A stretch of DNA of 64,000 nt from IMG/VR virus record IMGVR_UViG_3300042516_004060. One strand, written 5' to 3'. The notes under the pieces were generated by a model, which saw only the letters and a program-made list of their open reading frames with translations, had not been told where the DNA came from and ran no database searches. Source of the DNA: an uncultured virus (IMG/VR IMGVR_UViG_3300042516_004060) (taxonomy: Duplodnaviria > Heunggongvirae > Uroviricota > Caudoviricetes). The position numbers were made by a program, and so were the translations under genes. Positions 1 to 10,142 of this stretch are shown here, piece by piece (position 1 is the stretch's first letter; the number at the start of each line of letters is the position of its first letter).

Positions 1-804
1 TATAATACAGATATTGATAATACTGACCAAGGTTTTTTTATTTTTTGTGAATCCAGAGCTATTTTTGACCCAGAATTAGAATGGCGCTGCGACAATACAA
101 TGTATGGCCCACATGCTGGCTTTGTGAGAGAAAATGGTCGAGTTGTTCCAACACTAAATAAAATTTTAGCATACGAAACAATTATGTCCCTGCATAATGT
201 CGGCTATTTAATATATCTTCACCTTCATGATGACATTGAAATTCGTGAAAAATACAAGAATAATGCAGAAGTACCTTGCGTGGGTCTTACATTGTCTGAA
301 TTTTTTAAGCTACTTTATGAATGGTCGGAAGTAACTAAAGAACCATTTAATAGCACTGAGGACATTGCTATTAAGGCATCACAATTTCTAGATGCCTTTG
401 GGTTTACCCCCGATCTTGTGGATAATCAATCAGACATGCAGGTTGTTAGCTACCTTACTGGTAGCGAGAACGCACGACTTCGTCCGACTAATGTTCAACC
501 AAATAAGCCAGAATTAATTACATTTGTTAAAAAAAATATGGCATCCAGCTCGGTTTCTTCATTGTGTAAACTGTATCCAGGTTTATGGGATATTAATGAA
601 ATTTTAAACAAAGAAAAAGAAGAACTAGATGCAGGAATAGTACGATTTAAAGATTTTTATCAAATACCAGAAGATTGGGATATTTCTGATACTGCTAGAA
701 TTATTGAACATTGTGAGCTATATTTTAATCCCACAATTGGTTCATATGTACACAATCAGTTGAGATTATTTAAAAATAAATCTATACTTTTAGAACAATT
801 ATAA
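1..804 (+). CDS. Hypothetical protein, 5'-truncated by the window edge
   Basis: Frame 1 is open from base 1 (YNTDIDNTDQGFFIFCES...) into the 100..804 ORF. No recognisable motif. Confidence 0.7.
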   Translation, partial: YNTDIDNTDQGFFIFCESRAIFDPELEWRCDNTMYGPHAGFVRENGRVVPTLNKILAYETIMSLHNVGYLIYLHLHDDIEIREKYKNNAEVPCVGLTLSEFFKLLYEWSEVTKEPFNSTEDIAIKASQFLDAFGFTPDLVDNQSDMQVVSYLTGSENARLRPTNVQPNKPELITFVKKNMASSSVSSLCKLYPGLWDINEILNKEKEELDAGIVRFKDFYQIPEDWDISDTARIIEHCELYFNPTIGSYVHNQLRLFKNKSILLEQL

Positions 805-1024
805 GAATAGCATTTATACTACAACTGCCTTTGGGTGGTATATTAATATATTTAAAAAACAAAATGCAGTGACTTATATAGGTAGACACGAGATAAAACC
901 GGTTACTAGTGGTAATAGGCATGTTTACTTGCAATTTTTCTCTTATAGGAAAAATGACCATATTAATGAGAATTCAATAAAATGGTTTAAAGACTTACAA
1001 AAATACGTTATATCAGGATAATAG

Positions 1025-1393
1025 ATGTTATACAACGAGAATATTAGCTATAATCAGCCAAGCCTAAGTTACATAGGTACGGTTATAATTAATGTTTTAG
1101 GAATATCTAATCCTATAATAATTTCTAATTTAAATGTTGCAGTTAGTATTTCTCAGGATTATTCTAACGCTACCACTGTTGCTGTCATTTCCTATGATAT
1201 ATATTCAGAAGGAATTTTGACCATACAAGCTACAGAGTCTCAAGCAAACGCAATTATTCAAGTACTAGCTTCTTATGATGAAGGCGCTAGCGGAGCAATA
1301 AGCCTAGAGGCAATAGGAAATCAAACAAGTGCTACCTCAGTAGCCTCAACTGTTTCGTTAAGTTCTGGCACTGCAGAAGTAACAATATCATAA
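1025..1393 (+). CDS. Hypothetical virion-associated protein (Ser/Thr/Ala/Ile-rich, beta-rich)
   Basis: 122 aa ORF with AGGA upstream; first gene of the co-directional structural cluster. Confidence 0.6.
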   Translation: MLYNENISYNQPSLSYIGTVIINVLGISNPIIISNLNVAVSISQDYSNATTVAVISYDIYSEGILTIQATESQANAIIQVLASYDEGASGAISLEAIGNQTSATSVASTVSLSSGTAEVTIS

Positions 1394-1415
1394 TTTTATT
1401 AAAATTGGAGTTAAA

Positions 1416-2318
1416 ATGACAGTAAGCAGAGTTTTAGTTAACGATACTGTTAGAATTAAAGTAAAATTTGTTGACACAGATCCTGTTACGCTTGAGCAAA
1501 CAGAGGTGAGCCCAACAGCTGTTAATGTTGTTGTTTTAAACTCTAGTGGGACTCAAATAGCTTCAGCTTCGGCAACACAAATTACAAGTTCAGAGTATTA
1601 TTATAATTTTTCTACCACTAATGCAGGAGAATATACAATTAGATTTACTGGAACTTTAGTAAATAATACTTCAATAACTGTTAGTCAACAACTCTACGTT
1701 AGTTCGACAACAGAAGAATACAAGCCTTCAATAACTCTTAGGTCTGATGAAACAATATCTTTTGCTCCAGATATCGAGCCACTTTATCTAGACCCAGAGG
1801 AAATACTTTCTATATTTCCAGAAGCAGGACTTTTAGAAATAGGAGAACTTGTTTATAATTATTCAAATGAAGTAAAAGAAATATATTCTATTCAAGATTC
1901 AAATACAAGCCCAGATCTTCCGTTTACCGTTTTAGAATACATTAAAGCATCAGTTTGCTGTGAGCTTAGTAGAACGTACGGATTTGGTGGAGACGACGAA
2001 ATGAGCCTTAAGCTTGCAGACCTAGAAATTACCAATAGATCAGCCCCTAGAGATGTAGCAACCAGATCAAATGCAACGACATGGTGCCAGATAGCAGCCT
2101 CGTTAAGAAGAGAGATTCTAGCGAAAAAAGTTTTTATAAGAGGCGTTCAGCCAAAAAATCTTCCAAACAAAAAAACTTTTACTTCTGGCAAAACATTAGA
2201 TCCACAAACAGGCAAATTAATATACTTGTCTGACAAAGAACTATATGGTCCAGGAAGAAGAACTCCAACTGATCCAGAAGACCCTATGCCAGGCAGAGGT
2301 CTAAGACAGTATGATTGA
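1416..2318 (+). CDS. Putative neck / head-tail adaptor protein with N-terminal Ig-like domain
   Basis: GGAG RBS. Beta-rich N-terminus (EYYYNFSTTNAGEYTIRFTGTL) looks Ig-like, followed by a helical C-terminal half. Lies upstream of the sheath and tube genes. Function is inferred from synteny. Confidence 0.45.
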   Translation: MTVSRVLVNDTVRIKVKFVDTDPVTLEQTEVSPTAVNVVVLNSSGTQIASASATQITSSEYYYNFSTTNAGEYTIRFTGTLVNNTSITVSQQLYVSSTTEEYKPSITLRSDETISFAPDIEPLYLDPEEILSIFPEAGLLEIGELVYNYSNEVKEIYSIQDSNTSPDLPFTVLEYIKASVCCELSRTYGFGGDDEMSLKLADLEITNRSAPRDVATRSNATTWCQIAASLRREILAKKVFIRGVQPKNLPNKKTFTSGKTLDPQTGKLIYLSDKELYGPGRRTPTDPEDPMPGRGLRQYD

Positions 2319-2688
2319 TGCTAAGAAGATATTTGAAAAAATACTAAGGCAGTGGGGACACGATATCTTTATACAAAGAAGACTTTCTGACGACTTTGTT
2401 TATAACGATACGCTAGAAAGGCATACTACTAGATCAGTTTACGCAAGAAGCTTTGCCCTGTCAAATGCAAAAGATGAAGTTCCAGAGGGAGTGATAACTA
2501 ATTCCGAGCTAGTTTATTATTTTAAAAAAGAAGTAAATCCAAAACCCGGTGATAGAATTTATGAAGAATCTTATAACTCTTTAGACGATACTATAATATA
2601 TGTTATAGATGACAGCTATGGGGTAAGGGGAAAAAGAGGGGAAATCAACTATTGGATAGTTGGTGCTACAAAAGAAGTTCCGAGCTAG
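2311..2688 (+). CDS. Putative head-closure / neck protein
   Basis: 125 aa, overlaps the previous gene. Size and pattern (VYYFKKEVNPKPGDRIYE) fit small beta-barrel head-closure proteins; synteny supports this. Confidence 0.45.
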   Translation: MIDAKKIFEKILRQWGHDIFIQRRLSDDFVYNDTLERHTTRSVYARSFALSNAKDEVPEGVITNSELVYYFKKEVNPKPGDRIYEESYNSLDDTIIYVIDDSYGVRGKRGEINYWIVGATKEVPS

Positions 2689-2689
2689 T

Positions 2690-4279
2690 ATGTTAATTGC
2701 AAAACCAAAAGAATATGTAGAAATACAATTCACATATAAAAGTGGATATGAATATATAGATCCAACTGGTGATATTATTGTATATTTTAAAAGAGGTGTT
2801 GGAACTCCTGGAGCAGTCATAGATGGACCACTTCTTTATAATATAAGTTATATAAGCGCAGCAACTCCCACATATACTCAAAATATATCTTCTACAGCAA
2901 CTATAGAAAGAGTTTCCCAAGGGTCGTACAAACTAAGGTATATGCTTCCAGAGGGTTTGTATAAAGGTAATTATACAATACAAATATCTACAGTCGCAGA
3001 TTTGTCAAACTCAACTAAAGAATATTATATACAGTGTAATAATCCAAATAATTTAAACGAAGAATATTCCTATAATGATAAATCAATATCTATATCAAGT
3101 AGATCTAAATATGTTGAGATAAATAATCTAGCAACAAACTCCATTATGTTAATAGGCCATACAGATGCTCTTCAAGAATTTGAAATATATAGGCCAGCGT
3201 CAATGCAAGATGCGGTCAATGTTCTTAGGGCAGACTTTGATTCTCCTTTAACTAGAGGAGTATTTGATTGTTACGCCGCAGGTGGTAGAGACATATATAT
3301 AATGTCATGTGGAAGTATGTCCGAATATGTCTCAGATATTTCAAAAAGAAACGATAAAATATTTGCCGACGATTCTGCTACTCCAAATACATATTCTTTT
3401 TATGAATATTATGGAGCAAAGCTTTCACTTTGTTACGAAATATTATCTGATTATGAGTTTATAGATATAATAGTTCCATTAGAAACATCTTTTATATCTA
3501 CTAATGGAGTTAATTTTGTAAAGCAGTTAGCTGACCATTGTCATCAGGTTCAGATTTCTACTGGAGAAGTGCAAATGGGAATTATTGGATCTAGAAGTTC
3601 TAGCTCAAGAGATGCTGATATCAATAATATAAATAACGCAGATTTTGAAATAGCTTCATCGGTCACATCTTCTGGGGAAGTAACAAAAGACAGTGGTAAA
3701 TATATTATATTAATATATGGAGAGGCAGTATTTAACCATAAACAAATTCGAAGATCATACACTAGCTCTATGGCTGCAGCCTACGCAGGATCTCTTTCTT
3801 CCAATAGGGTTGATTATGGAATGGCAAAAAAAAGAATTGAACCATGTTTATCAATATTTGGAAATGAATTAAGTTCAAATCAAATGGCTATATTAGAAAA
3901 TAAAAAAGTAAATACAATCTTTTCTGGAAATAGGGCAAGAAGAGGCGCTCTTTATGATGTAAGAATTAGCGGAGACTTAACTCAATCAATATCCGAAAAC
4001 TATTCAGACTCATCTAATGTTCGATTAGTCGCCATGGTTATAGCGGAAGTCCAGTCTATGGGGCAAAACGCTATAGGAAAGTTTGCTAACGATCATTTGA
4101 TAAGGTCAGTAGATGGTTTCCTGCAAGAATTAAAAATTAATGATATTATTAGAGATTATAACTTCGATGCCTATGCAGACAGATTAGAAAAAGGAAAATT
4201 GTATTTTACTATTTCTATTACATCCGTTAGAACATTAAGGTCAATATCTTTTAATGTAGCAACAGGCAGAGGAGCTTAA
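2690..4279 (+). CDS. Tail sheath-like protein (paralogue) with N-terminal Ig-like extension
   Basis: Likely start is ATG 2690, right after the upstream stop. The C-terminal two thirds parallel the 5103 sheath (SPLTRGVFDCYAAGGRDIYI vs SHVHRGFIELLAGGAERIFI; LENKKVNTI vs LSNAGVNTI). Confidence 0.6.
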   Translation: MLIAKPKEYVEIQFTYKSGYEYIDPTGDIIVYFKRGVGTPGAVIDGPLLYNISYISAATPTYTQNISSTATIERVSQGSYKLRYMLPEGLYKGNYTIQISTVADLSNSTKEYYIQCNNPNNLNEEYSYNDKSISISSRSKYVEINNLATNSIMLIGHTDALQEFEIYRPASMQDAVNVLRADFDSPLTRGVFDCYAAGGRDIYIMSCGSMSEYVSDISKRNDKIFADDSATPNTYSFYEYYGAKLSLCYEILSDYEFIDIIVPLETSFISTNGVNFVKQLADHCHQVQISTGEVQMGIIGSRSSSSRDADINNINNADFEIASSVTSSGEVTKDSGKYIILIYGEAVFNHKQIRRSYTSSMAAAYAGSLSSNRVDYGMAKKRIEPCLSIFGNELSSNQMAILENKKVNTIFSGNRARRGALYDVRISGDLTQSISENYSDSSNVRLVAMVIAEVQSMGQNAIGKFANDHLIRSVDGFLQELKINDIIRDYNFDAYADRLEKGKLYFTISITSVRTLRSISFNVATGRGA

Positions 4280-4280
4280 A

Positions 4281-5021
4281 ATGCCACAGAACGCTTTTAG
4301 ATTTCCGGTACCAAGCGTAAATGAAATCAATAATGACAGAATGTTTGGAGCACCACTTCAAGCGTCTGGCAATCTATCATATTTAGAGTTTATAGCAGTA
4401 GTTAAAGCTTTGTGGGAAAACGCATATCCAGATATTAAAATACAGCCAACAGCAAGCGGTGCATACGCAGAATATCCTGTTATAGTGTATGGTTTAGAAA
4501 TTAGAAAAACCCACAGCGCAGAACCAAAGCCAAGAACTAGAAATACGCAAAGTGTTCCAAATGTTATGGTTTTCGGACAAAGATTTCAAAATGTTGTTAG
4601 TTTTAGTTTAATAACAAAAGCAGATCAAGCAACCTCAAAAAGTGATCTTGAAAAAAGATATTCTGGAGCACAAGTTGCCGATACTTTAATAGAAATATTT
4701 GAAGACTTTATGCTTGAACATACTCCTGTTTTTAAAAGATTAGGGGCAGCAGAATTGGTCTATTCAAGAAGACTTTCTGACTCGGACATCAATAGGGACA
4801 ATACTGACGTAGTTAAAAGAACAGTCACCTATATGTTGACAACGGAAAAACTTATAGCCACATCAGTTGATGTTGTAGAAAAGATAGCAATTGACGTCAG
4901 AAGGTATATGGCCTATGAAGAGTCAATTTTGGGACATAGAACAGATTATGCAACTCCAAACTACGAAAACACTGAAATAAATATAATAGACCTATATCAA
5001 ACTTCTACCCCAAATACTTAA
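4281..5021 (+). CDS. Putative tail terminator / tail completion protein
   Basis: 246 aa, directly upstream of the sheath gene; assignment is from synteny only. Confidence 0.4.
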   Translation: MPQNAFRFPVPSVNEINNDRMFGAPLQASGNLSYLEFIAVVKALWENAYPDIKIQPTASGAYAEYPVIVYGLEIRKTHSAEPKPRTRNTQSVPNVMVFGQRFQNVVSFSLITKADQATSKSDLEKRYSGAQVADTLIEIFEDFMLEHTPVFKRLGAAELVYSRRLSDSDINRDNTDVVKRTVTYMLTTEKLIATSVDVVEKIAIDVRRYMAYEESILGHRTDYATPNYENTEINIIDLYQTSTPNT

Positions 5022-5047
5022 TGTAGTTTGTTTTTATAAGTTTGTTA

Positions 5048-5057
5048 TTACTATATA
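5048..5057 (+). promoter_or_regulatory. Candidate phage late promoter element TTACTATATA
   Basis: The same 10-mer occurs in the intergenic gaps before the sheath gene (5048) and before the 59534 gene (59493). Confidence 0.35.
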
Positions 5058-5102
5058 AAAGAAGTTAAAACCAAACTGCCCCAATCGGAGGTCTATAGAC
5101 TA

Positions 5103-6380
5103 ATGGCTCTACCAGGTGTAAAAACAGTAATTAAAGATCGCTTTTATAGCATCTCTAGACAGGACATACCTGTCGGTCCAAGAATCTGCCTAATCGCTAA
5201 AAGAGGTGTGGCAGTTGCGGGCGACAATTCAAGCAAGGTAAAAGACCTTGACGTAGTTCAGGCAACAACTGAGCAAGACGTAATCGACGCTTTTGGCGAA
5301 GACTCACATGTCCACAGAGGATTTATTGAGCTATTAGCAGGAGGCGCTGAAAGAATCTTTATCGTACCATTGCCAGCTGACTCAGTTTTTGATCATTCAG
5401 CTGGAACAATAACAAGTTCTTCCAACTCTGGCACTAACGTATTTGATGCAGCATTTGCAGCAGCAGAAGCTGCGCAACCTGACATTATCGTTCCTTGGGG
5501 TCGTGGCGGTCATCCAGACGATTGGCAAAGCCCAGCAACTCCTGGTGATGACGCAGAGTATGGATTTTATGCAAACAATACAACCACAACATCAAGTTGG
5601 GCCTACAAGATTGCTGTAAAAGTTAAAGAAATTTGTGAGAATTCACATTCTTGTTTCGCAGTCATGGGAGTAAAGCCATACAATCCTGGTACTGGAAATA
5701 TTACAGAAATAATGACTCCAGCAGAGGTTGCAACACACCTTAATACATCAGCCACTTCAGGCAGCGTTCTCTACACCCTTATTGATAGAGATGGAACAAA
5801 TATGGCAGAAGTTGGTAGACACGTTGTTGTCATTTCTTCCGAGCTTAAGCCAGTTAACTATGAAACAGATTGGGGCTATGCCAATGGCGCAACAACCATG
5901 GCAGCAGCAATCAGCAGAATGGCTTCGTTTACTTCGCCAGTCAACAAGACAGCTTATAACGTTGCTGCAATGAGATATAACCCAACAAGAACTCAGCAAG
6001 AAAGACTCTCTAATGCAGGAGTAAATACTATTGCTCTTAACTTTAATAAGATACCAACCTTCATTGAAGGTCTCACATTGGCATCTTCAACATCTGACTA
6101 TACAAGAGTTTCAACAATGAGAATCATTAATGAAGCAGCTCTTTTGGTTAGACAAGTATGTCAGAAGTTTATTGGAGAAGCATCAACCATTCAGACTCGT
6201 AACTCAATGGAAACTGCAATTACATCAGCTTTAAGAGGTATGCAACAAATTGGAGCTTTGCTTGATAGTGACTTTACAGTAAGTTACATTCCAGCAGAAA
6301 ACAAAGCGATTGTTGATCTCGTTCTGACACCAGCATTTGAACTCAAGAACATTGACGTTCAAGTAGCAATTAACCTATAA
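5103..6380 (+). CDS. Contractile tail sheath protein
   Basis: GGAGG RBS. Starts with MALPGVKTVI; sheath C-terminal domain pattern (LSNAGVNTI...RVSTMRIINEA...QKFIGE...VDLVLTPAFELKNIDVQV). Immediately precedes the tube gene. Confidence 0.85.
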   Translation: MALPGVKTVIKDRFYSISRQDIPVGPRICLIAKRGVAVAGDNSSKVKDLDVVQATTEQDVIDAFGEDSHVHRGFIELLAGGAERIFIVPLPADSVFDHSAGTITSSSNSGTNVFDAAFAAAEAAQPDIIVPWGRGGHPDDWQSPATPGDDAEYGFYANNTTTTSSWAYKIAVKVKEICENSHSCFAVMGVKPYNPGTGNITEIMTPAEVATHLNTSATSGSVLYTLIDRDGTNMAEVGRHVVVISSELKPVNYETDWGYANGATTMAAAISRMASFTSPVNKTAYNVAAMRYNPTRTQQERLSNAGVNTIALNFNKIPTFIEGLTLASSTSDYTRVSTMRIINEAALLVRQVCQKFIGEASTIQTRNSMETAITSALRGMQQIGALLDSDFTVSYIPAENKAIVDLVLTPAFELKNIDVQVAINL

Positions 6381-6415
6381 ACCATAAATAAAAATACCGA
6401 ATTGGAGGGTATAAA

Positions 6416-7105
6416 ATGGCAGGAGAATACTATGACGGCCCAGTTAATAAGTATCTAAATACTTATACTACATTTTCTGGAGCAGACATTGTTGCCACCT
6501 TTGGTGGCGTTGAAATTGGAGCACTTTCTGGAATTACTTTCTCAGTAACAAGAGAGAAGGCACCTATTTACACCATGGGATCACCAAACCCACGCTCTTT
6601 CTCAAGAGGTAAAAGAGGTATTGCAGGCTCATTGATTTTCACAGTCTTTGACCGCCCAGCTCTTTACCAAATGATAGAAGCACACCATGCAACAGACAAC
6701 TCAATGAAGTTCTTTACAAGAAGACATAATACTCTTCCTGGAGATCCTCAGCACAAGAGAGGTATTGCAGAATTTACAGATCAATCACGCGATATTGTAT
6801 CGCAAGTTCCATATTATGCAGATCAAATTCCTCCATTTGATATCACAGTAACATTTGTTAACGAGTATGGACAAGGCGCAGTTAGATCAATTTACGGAGT
6901 AGAGCTCTTGAATGAAGGTTCTGGAGCTTCTATGGATGACATTGTAATTGAAGAAACAATGACATACGTAGCCCGTGAAATAGGCCCGATGTACAGAATA
7001 ACAACTGATCAACTCGGTAGATTTAACACCGGAGACCTTAAGGATATAATCAGCTCAGATGCAGCTGGACAGAGTGGTTTAAATACTCAAATTATTAGAC
7101 CATAG
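6416..7105 (+). CDS. Major tail tube protein
   Basis: GGAGG RBS. Tube-type pattern (TFSGADIVATF...GITFSVTREKAPIYTMG...RGKRGIAGSLIF...EETMTYVAR). Follows the sheath gene and is followed by a terminator. Confidence 0.75.
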   Translation: MAGEYYDGPVNKYLNTYTTFSGADIVATFGGVEIGALSGITFSVTREKAPIYTMGSPNPRSFSRGKRGIAGSLIFTVFDRPALYQMIEAHHATDNSMKFFTRRHNTLPGDPQHKRGIAEFTDQSRDIVSQVPYYADQIPPFDITVTFVNEYGQGAVRSIYGVELLNEGSGASMDDIVIEETMTYVAREIGPMYRITTDQLGRFNTGDLKDIISSDAAGQSGLNTQIIRP

Positions 7106-7121
7106 TATCTAATTAGAACCC

Positions 7122-7171
7122 AAATAATATGGAGGACGTGATTTAGTTTCATGTCCTCCATATTATTTTTT
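7122..7171 (+). terminator. Intrinsic terminator after the sheath-tube unit
   Basis: 20-bp stem AAATAATATGGAGGACGTGA (7122-7141) / TCATGTCCTCCATATTATTT (7149-7168) with one G-U pair, ending in a T run. Confidence 0.8.
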
Positions 7172-7181
7172 AGGAGATTAA

Positions 7182-7901
7182 ATGTCATCACTTCAAGAAA
7201 AAAGAGATCAAATATTTCGATATGAAAGTGGGGTCACTTCAAACAGAGTTGCCAAAGGCATGCCTGACCCATTTTCAAATATGTCATATGCAGGTACCGA
7301 TATATCTGCGACAATAGTTGTTCCAAACATAGATAGAAACACTAAGACGGTAGGTGAATCTGACATTCTTGAAATGGCAGAAATTCAAACAATCTCTTAT
7401 TCAATTCACAGAGAAAACTCACCAATAAGAACATTGGGGCATGTTAATCCAAGGGGCTTTGTTAAAGGCGGAAGGACTATAGCTGGATCTTTAATCTTTA
7501 CTGTTTTTAATGAATATGCATTCTACAGAATAAAAGAATTTAGACAGATGATGTCTGAAACAGGCTTGTTCTTTGCTCCTTTAGCAGACATGTTGCCACC
7601 ATTTGATATTGTTTTATCTTTTTTTAACGAATATGGAATGGCATCTAAAATGAAGATATATGGCGTTACTATAGTTGACGAAGGTGGCACAATGTCTGTA
7701 GACGACCTTATCACTGAGCAAACATACACATTTATGGCCAGAGGAATGCAGCCACTTGTAAGTATGGAAAAAGATCCAATGATGCTTCCAGACGATGTTT
7801 ATGACGCATATGAGCAGAGGCAAAAGAATTTTTGGAATTCAGATTCTACAGACAAACTAACAGAGTATACTACTTTCATAGATAGAGTTCCAAGAGCTTA
7901 G
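7182..7901 (+). CDS. Tail tube paralogue 2 (tube initiator-like)
   Basis: Clear similarity to 6416..7105 (SYAGTDISAT, ISYSIHRENSPIRTLG, IAGSLIFTVF, ADMLPPFDI, NEYG). Confidence 0.7.
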   Translation: MSSLQEKRDQIFRYESGVTSNRVAKGMPDPFSNMSYAGTDISATIVVPNIDRNTKTVGESDILEMAEIQTISYSIHRENSPIRTLGHVNPRGFVKGGRTIAGSLIFTVFNEYAFYRIKEFRQMMSETGLFFAPLADMLPPFDIVLSFFNEYGMASKMKIYGVTIVDEGGTMSVDDLITEQTYTFMARGMQPLVSMEKDPMMLPDDVYDAYEQRQKNFWNSDSTDKLTEYTTFIDRVPRA

Positions 7902-7909
7902 GATAAAAA

Positions 7910-8932
7910 ATGCCAAGAGATTATAATTCGATTGTTGGACAAAAATCATATAGGCCTTTTACTTCGTATGTGCCGTATGAATTGAGAGACCCAACACAAG
8001 CAAGAAGCTTTGATCCACTTAATCCAAATGTAGATCTTCAATGGGCTGGAAAATCAAGTTCTGCAGAACAATTTAATCAATATTATGATTATTATTTTAC
8101 TGGAGAAGATGTAAGGATCTATATAGATGGTCTTTTTGATCAATCAGATGAACTAGATTTAGCTAGCTTTGCTTTTGCAATTAAGCAAGAAAAGCAACCT
8201 TTATATGGATTTTGGTCATACAACTATGATGTAATGATGGTTGGAACAAGAATTATTACTGGGGAGTTTAATGTCTATGCCAGGTACCCTGGTAGAATGA
8301 ACGACCTATTGTCAAAAGCTGCTGAAAAAAGAGCTGGATTTTATACCGCAGAAGGATCAAATGCAAGAATACAATCCTTTTTGATGAGTAGAGTAGAATC
8401 ATTAGATGATGAAAAAAATATTAAAAAATACTGGGCAAACAGTCAGTTAGATAGACTTTCTTCTGACAATAGTACAGACGATGCTAGAAATATATTCTCT
8501 GCACACCCTCCTTTTAACTTTGTTATTAAATACGGGACCCAAGAAGGTTCTGTAACTACAGTAGCAAGAAATAAAGGCAATGATGGCGATGACAACTACG
8601 ACATGCTTGATAGGCTGATGGCTACAGATTATAATGAAAGACTAGTTCAAAAAACAGCATCTGATAAAATGGACATTGTTTTGCAGAGCGTACAGCTTCT
8701 TGGAATGGCTTCTGGCTACTCTACTGGCGGCGAGCCACTAATGGAAACGTATCAGTTTATAGCAAGGGATATGTACATATCTTCTGGAGCGTCTAGAAAA
8801 TCTCCAAGTTCAAGCGAAACAGCAGCAACCAATGATGCAGCTCAAGCTAAGGGCACAAGTGCAACTCAGAACTCAACACCCCCAACTCAACAAAGAGTTC
8901 AGTATGTAACCACTTATGGGCAGGTTCCATAA
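7910..8932 (+). CDS. Tail tube paralogue 3 (divergent)
   Basis: YFTGEDVRIYI...FAIKQEKQPLYGF...GTRIITGEF...HPPFNFVIKYG...METYQFIARD follows the same tube pattern. Confidence 0.6.
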   Translation: MPRDYNSIVGQKSYRPFTSYVPYELRDPTQARSFDPLNPNVDLQWAGKSSSAEQFNQYYDYYFTGEDVRIYIDGLFDQSDELDLASFAFAIKQEKQPLYGFWSYNYDVMMVGTRIITGEFNVYARYPGRMNDLLSKAAEKRAGFYTAEGSNARIQSFLMSRVESLDDEKNIKKYWANSQLDRLSSDNSTDDARNIFSAHPPFNFVIKYGTQEGSVTTVARNKGNDGDDNYDMLDRLMATDYNERLVQKTASDKMDIVLQSVQLLGMASGYSTGGEPLMETYQFIARDMYISSGASRKSPSSSETAATNDAAQAKGTSATQNSTPPTQQRVQYVTTYGQVP

Positions 8933-8943
8933 ATAGTATTTTG

Positions 8944-8952
8944 TGATATAAT
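8944..8952 (+). promoter_or_regulatory. Extended -10 promoter element (TGATATAAT)
   Basis: Matches TGnTATAAT in the gap upstream of the chaperone genes; AGGAG RBS follows. Confidence 0.5.
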
Positions 8953-8987
8953 GTTTTAGGTTTATTTTAAATAATTAGGAGAAAAAA

Positions 8988-9500
8988 ATGACTGAGAAAA
9001 GAAAAGTAGTAGTTAGTGCGTCTGAAGAACTAATGGAAGAAACTGGTTCTGACGAGGCACTTGTTGCAAAAATGGTAGATGAAGACTTCAATACAGAGGA
9101 AGATGATTTTGAACCAATATCTTCGGTAGAAGATCTTCCTGATGAAGAAGAGATTTGGCCAGATGGACCAACTGCAGGTCAAATTAAGATTTGGAAAAAA
9201 GAACATGGTGATGTTTATGTAACTTCAATATCTTTTGATAAGCATATTGCTTGGAGACCTCTTTCTAGAATAGAATACAAAAATTTAGTTAGAAAAATGG
9301 AACAACTTGTCCAGTCTGGACAATTGTCTACGGCAGAAGCTAATCTTTGGAATGAAGAAGCTATAGCAGAACTTTGCATTCTGTTCCCATCATACGATAT
9401 CGCTGCAATGACCAGAGAGATGGCTGGACTTCCATCTTTAATTTCTCAAGAAGTTCTTGAAGCATCAGGTTTCGTTGCGCTAGAAGTAAGACAGTTATAA
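8988..9500 (+). CDS. Putative tail assembly chaperone 1
   Basis: Sits between the tube and tape-measure genes. Acidic N-terminus; WKKEHGDVY...WRPLSRIEY pattern. Confidence 0.6.
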   Translation: MTEKRKVVVSASEELMEETGSDEALVAKMVDEDFNTEEDDFEPISSVEDLPDEEEIWPDGPTAGQIKIWKKEHGDVYVTSISFDKHIAWRPLSRIEYKNLVRKMEQLVQSGQLSTAEANLWNEEAIAELCILFPSYDIAAMTREMAGLPSLISQEVLEASGFVALEVRQL

Positions 9501-9503
9501 TAA

Positions 9504-10127
9504 ATGTTAGACCCATCTTTTATATTTAAGATAAAAAATAAATATGGGTCAATATTTGAGACCTCTATTAAAAAGCAAACTATTCTTTTTAGAGAGTTAA
9601 CCTTTTCTGAGTTTGATCATATATCTGAATTCCAAAAAAATGGAGATAGCAGCACTGCTGACATAGAAGATCTTATAATAAAATACTCGGTAATATATCC
9701 AAAAGATTTTAACATAGACAACTATCCAGCTGGCCTTATTTCCTCTTTAGCAGAAGAAGTTTTGGAGGAGTCAGGATTTTCTTCTGCAAGAAGAGCAAAA
9801 CAAATAGTAGAGCAAAAAAGAGAAGAAGCCAATGAGGTCAGGTCATTAATGAAGGCTTTTGTTTTGGCAACAATGCCAAATTATCATCCTTCCGATCTTG
9901 ACAATATGACTTTTTCTAAATTAGCTGAACACGTTGCTTTGTCTGAAAAAATTATTGAAATTCAACAGAATGCCGCAGGCATGGAATCTACCAATGTCTC
10001 TCTTCAATTGATTGATCCAGAAGAAGAAATGCAAAAGCAAAAAGATTATGCAAACAGATTCAATGCATCTAGAAAAGATGGTGAAGCTAAATTTGAGGAC
10101 CCAATTGCTCGCAAGCTTTGGGGATAG
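9504..10127 (+). CDS. Putative tail assembly chaperone 2 (paralogue of chaperone 1)
   Basis: KNKYGSIF...FRELTFSEF...AGLISSLAEEVLEESGF parallels AGLPSLISQEVLEASGF of the previous gene. Confidence 0.6.
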   Translation: MLDPSFIFKIKNKYGSIFETSIKKQTILFRELTFSEFDHISEFQKNGDSSTADIEDLIIKYSVIYPKDFNIDNYPAGLISSLAEEVLEESGFSSARRAKQIVEQKREEANEVRSLMKAFVLATMPNYHPSDLDNMTFSKLAEHVALSEKIIEIQQNAAGMESTNVSLQLIDPEEEMQKQKDYANRFNASRKDGEAKFEDPIARKLWG

Positions 10128-10142
10128 TGCTAGGAATAAAAG

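Noticed and set aside
805..1024. Intergenic gap examined for tRNA, ncRNA or CRISPR repeats
   Set aside because: No cloverleaf, T-loop motif or repeat-spacer pattern was seen by eye. No tRNA gene was recognised anywhere in the window, so any decoding tRNA would lie elsewhere.
9480..9510. Classical -1 tail-chaperone (G/GT-type) programmed frameshift
   Set aside because: The two chaperone ORFs are in the same frame, separated by TAA TAA, and are paralogues; no slippery heptamer is evident at the junction.
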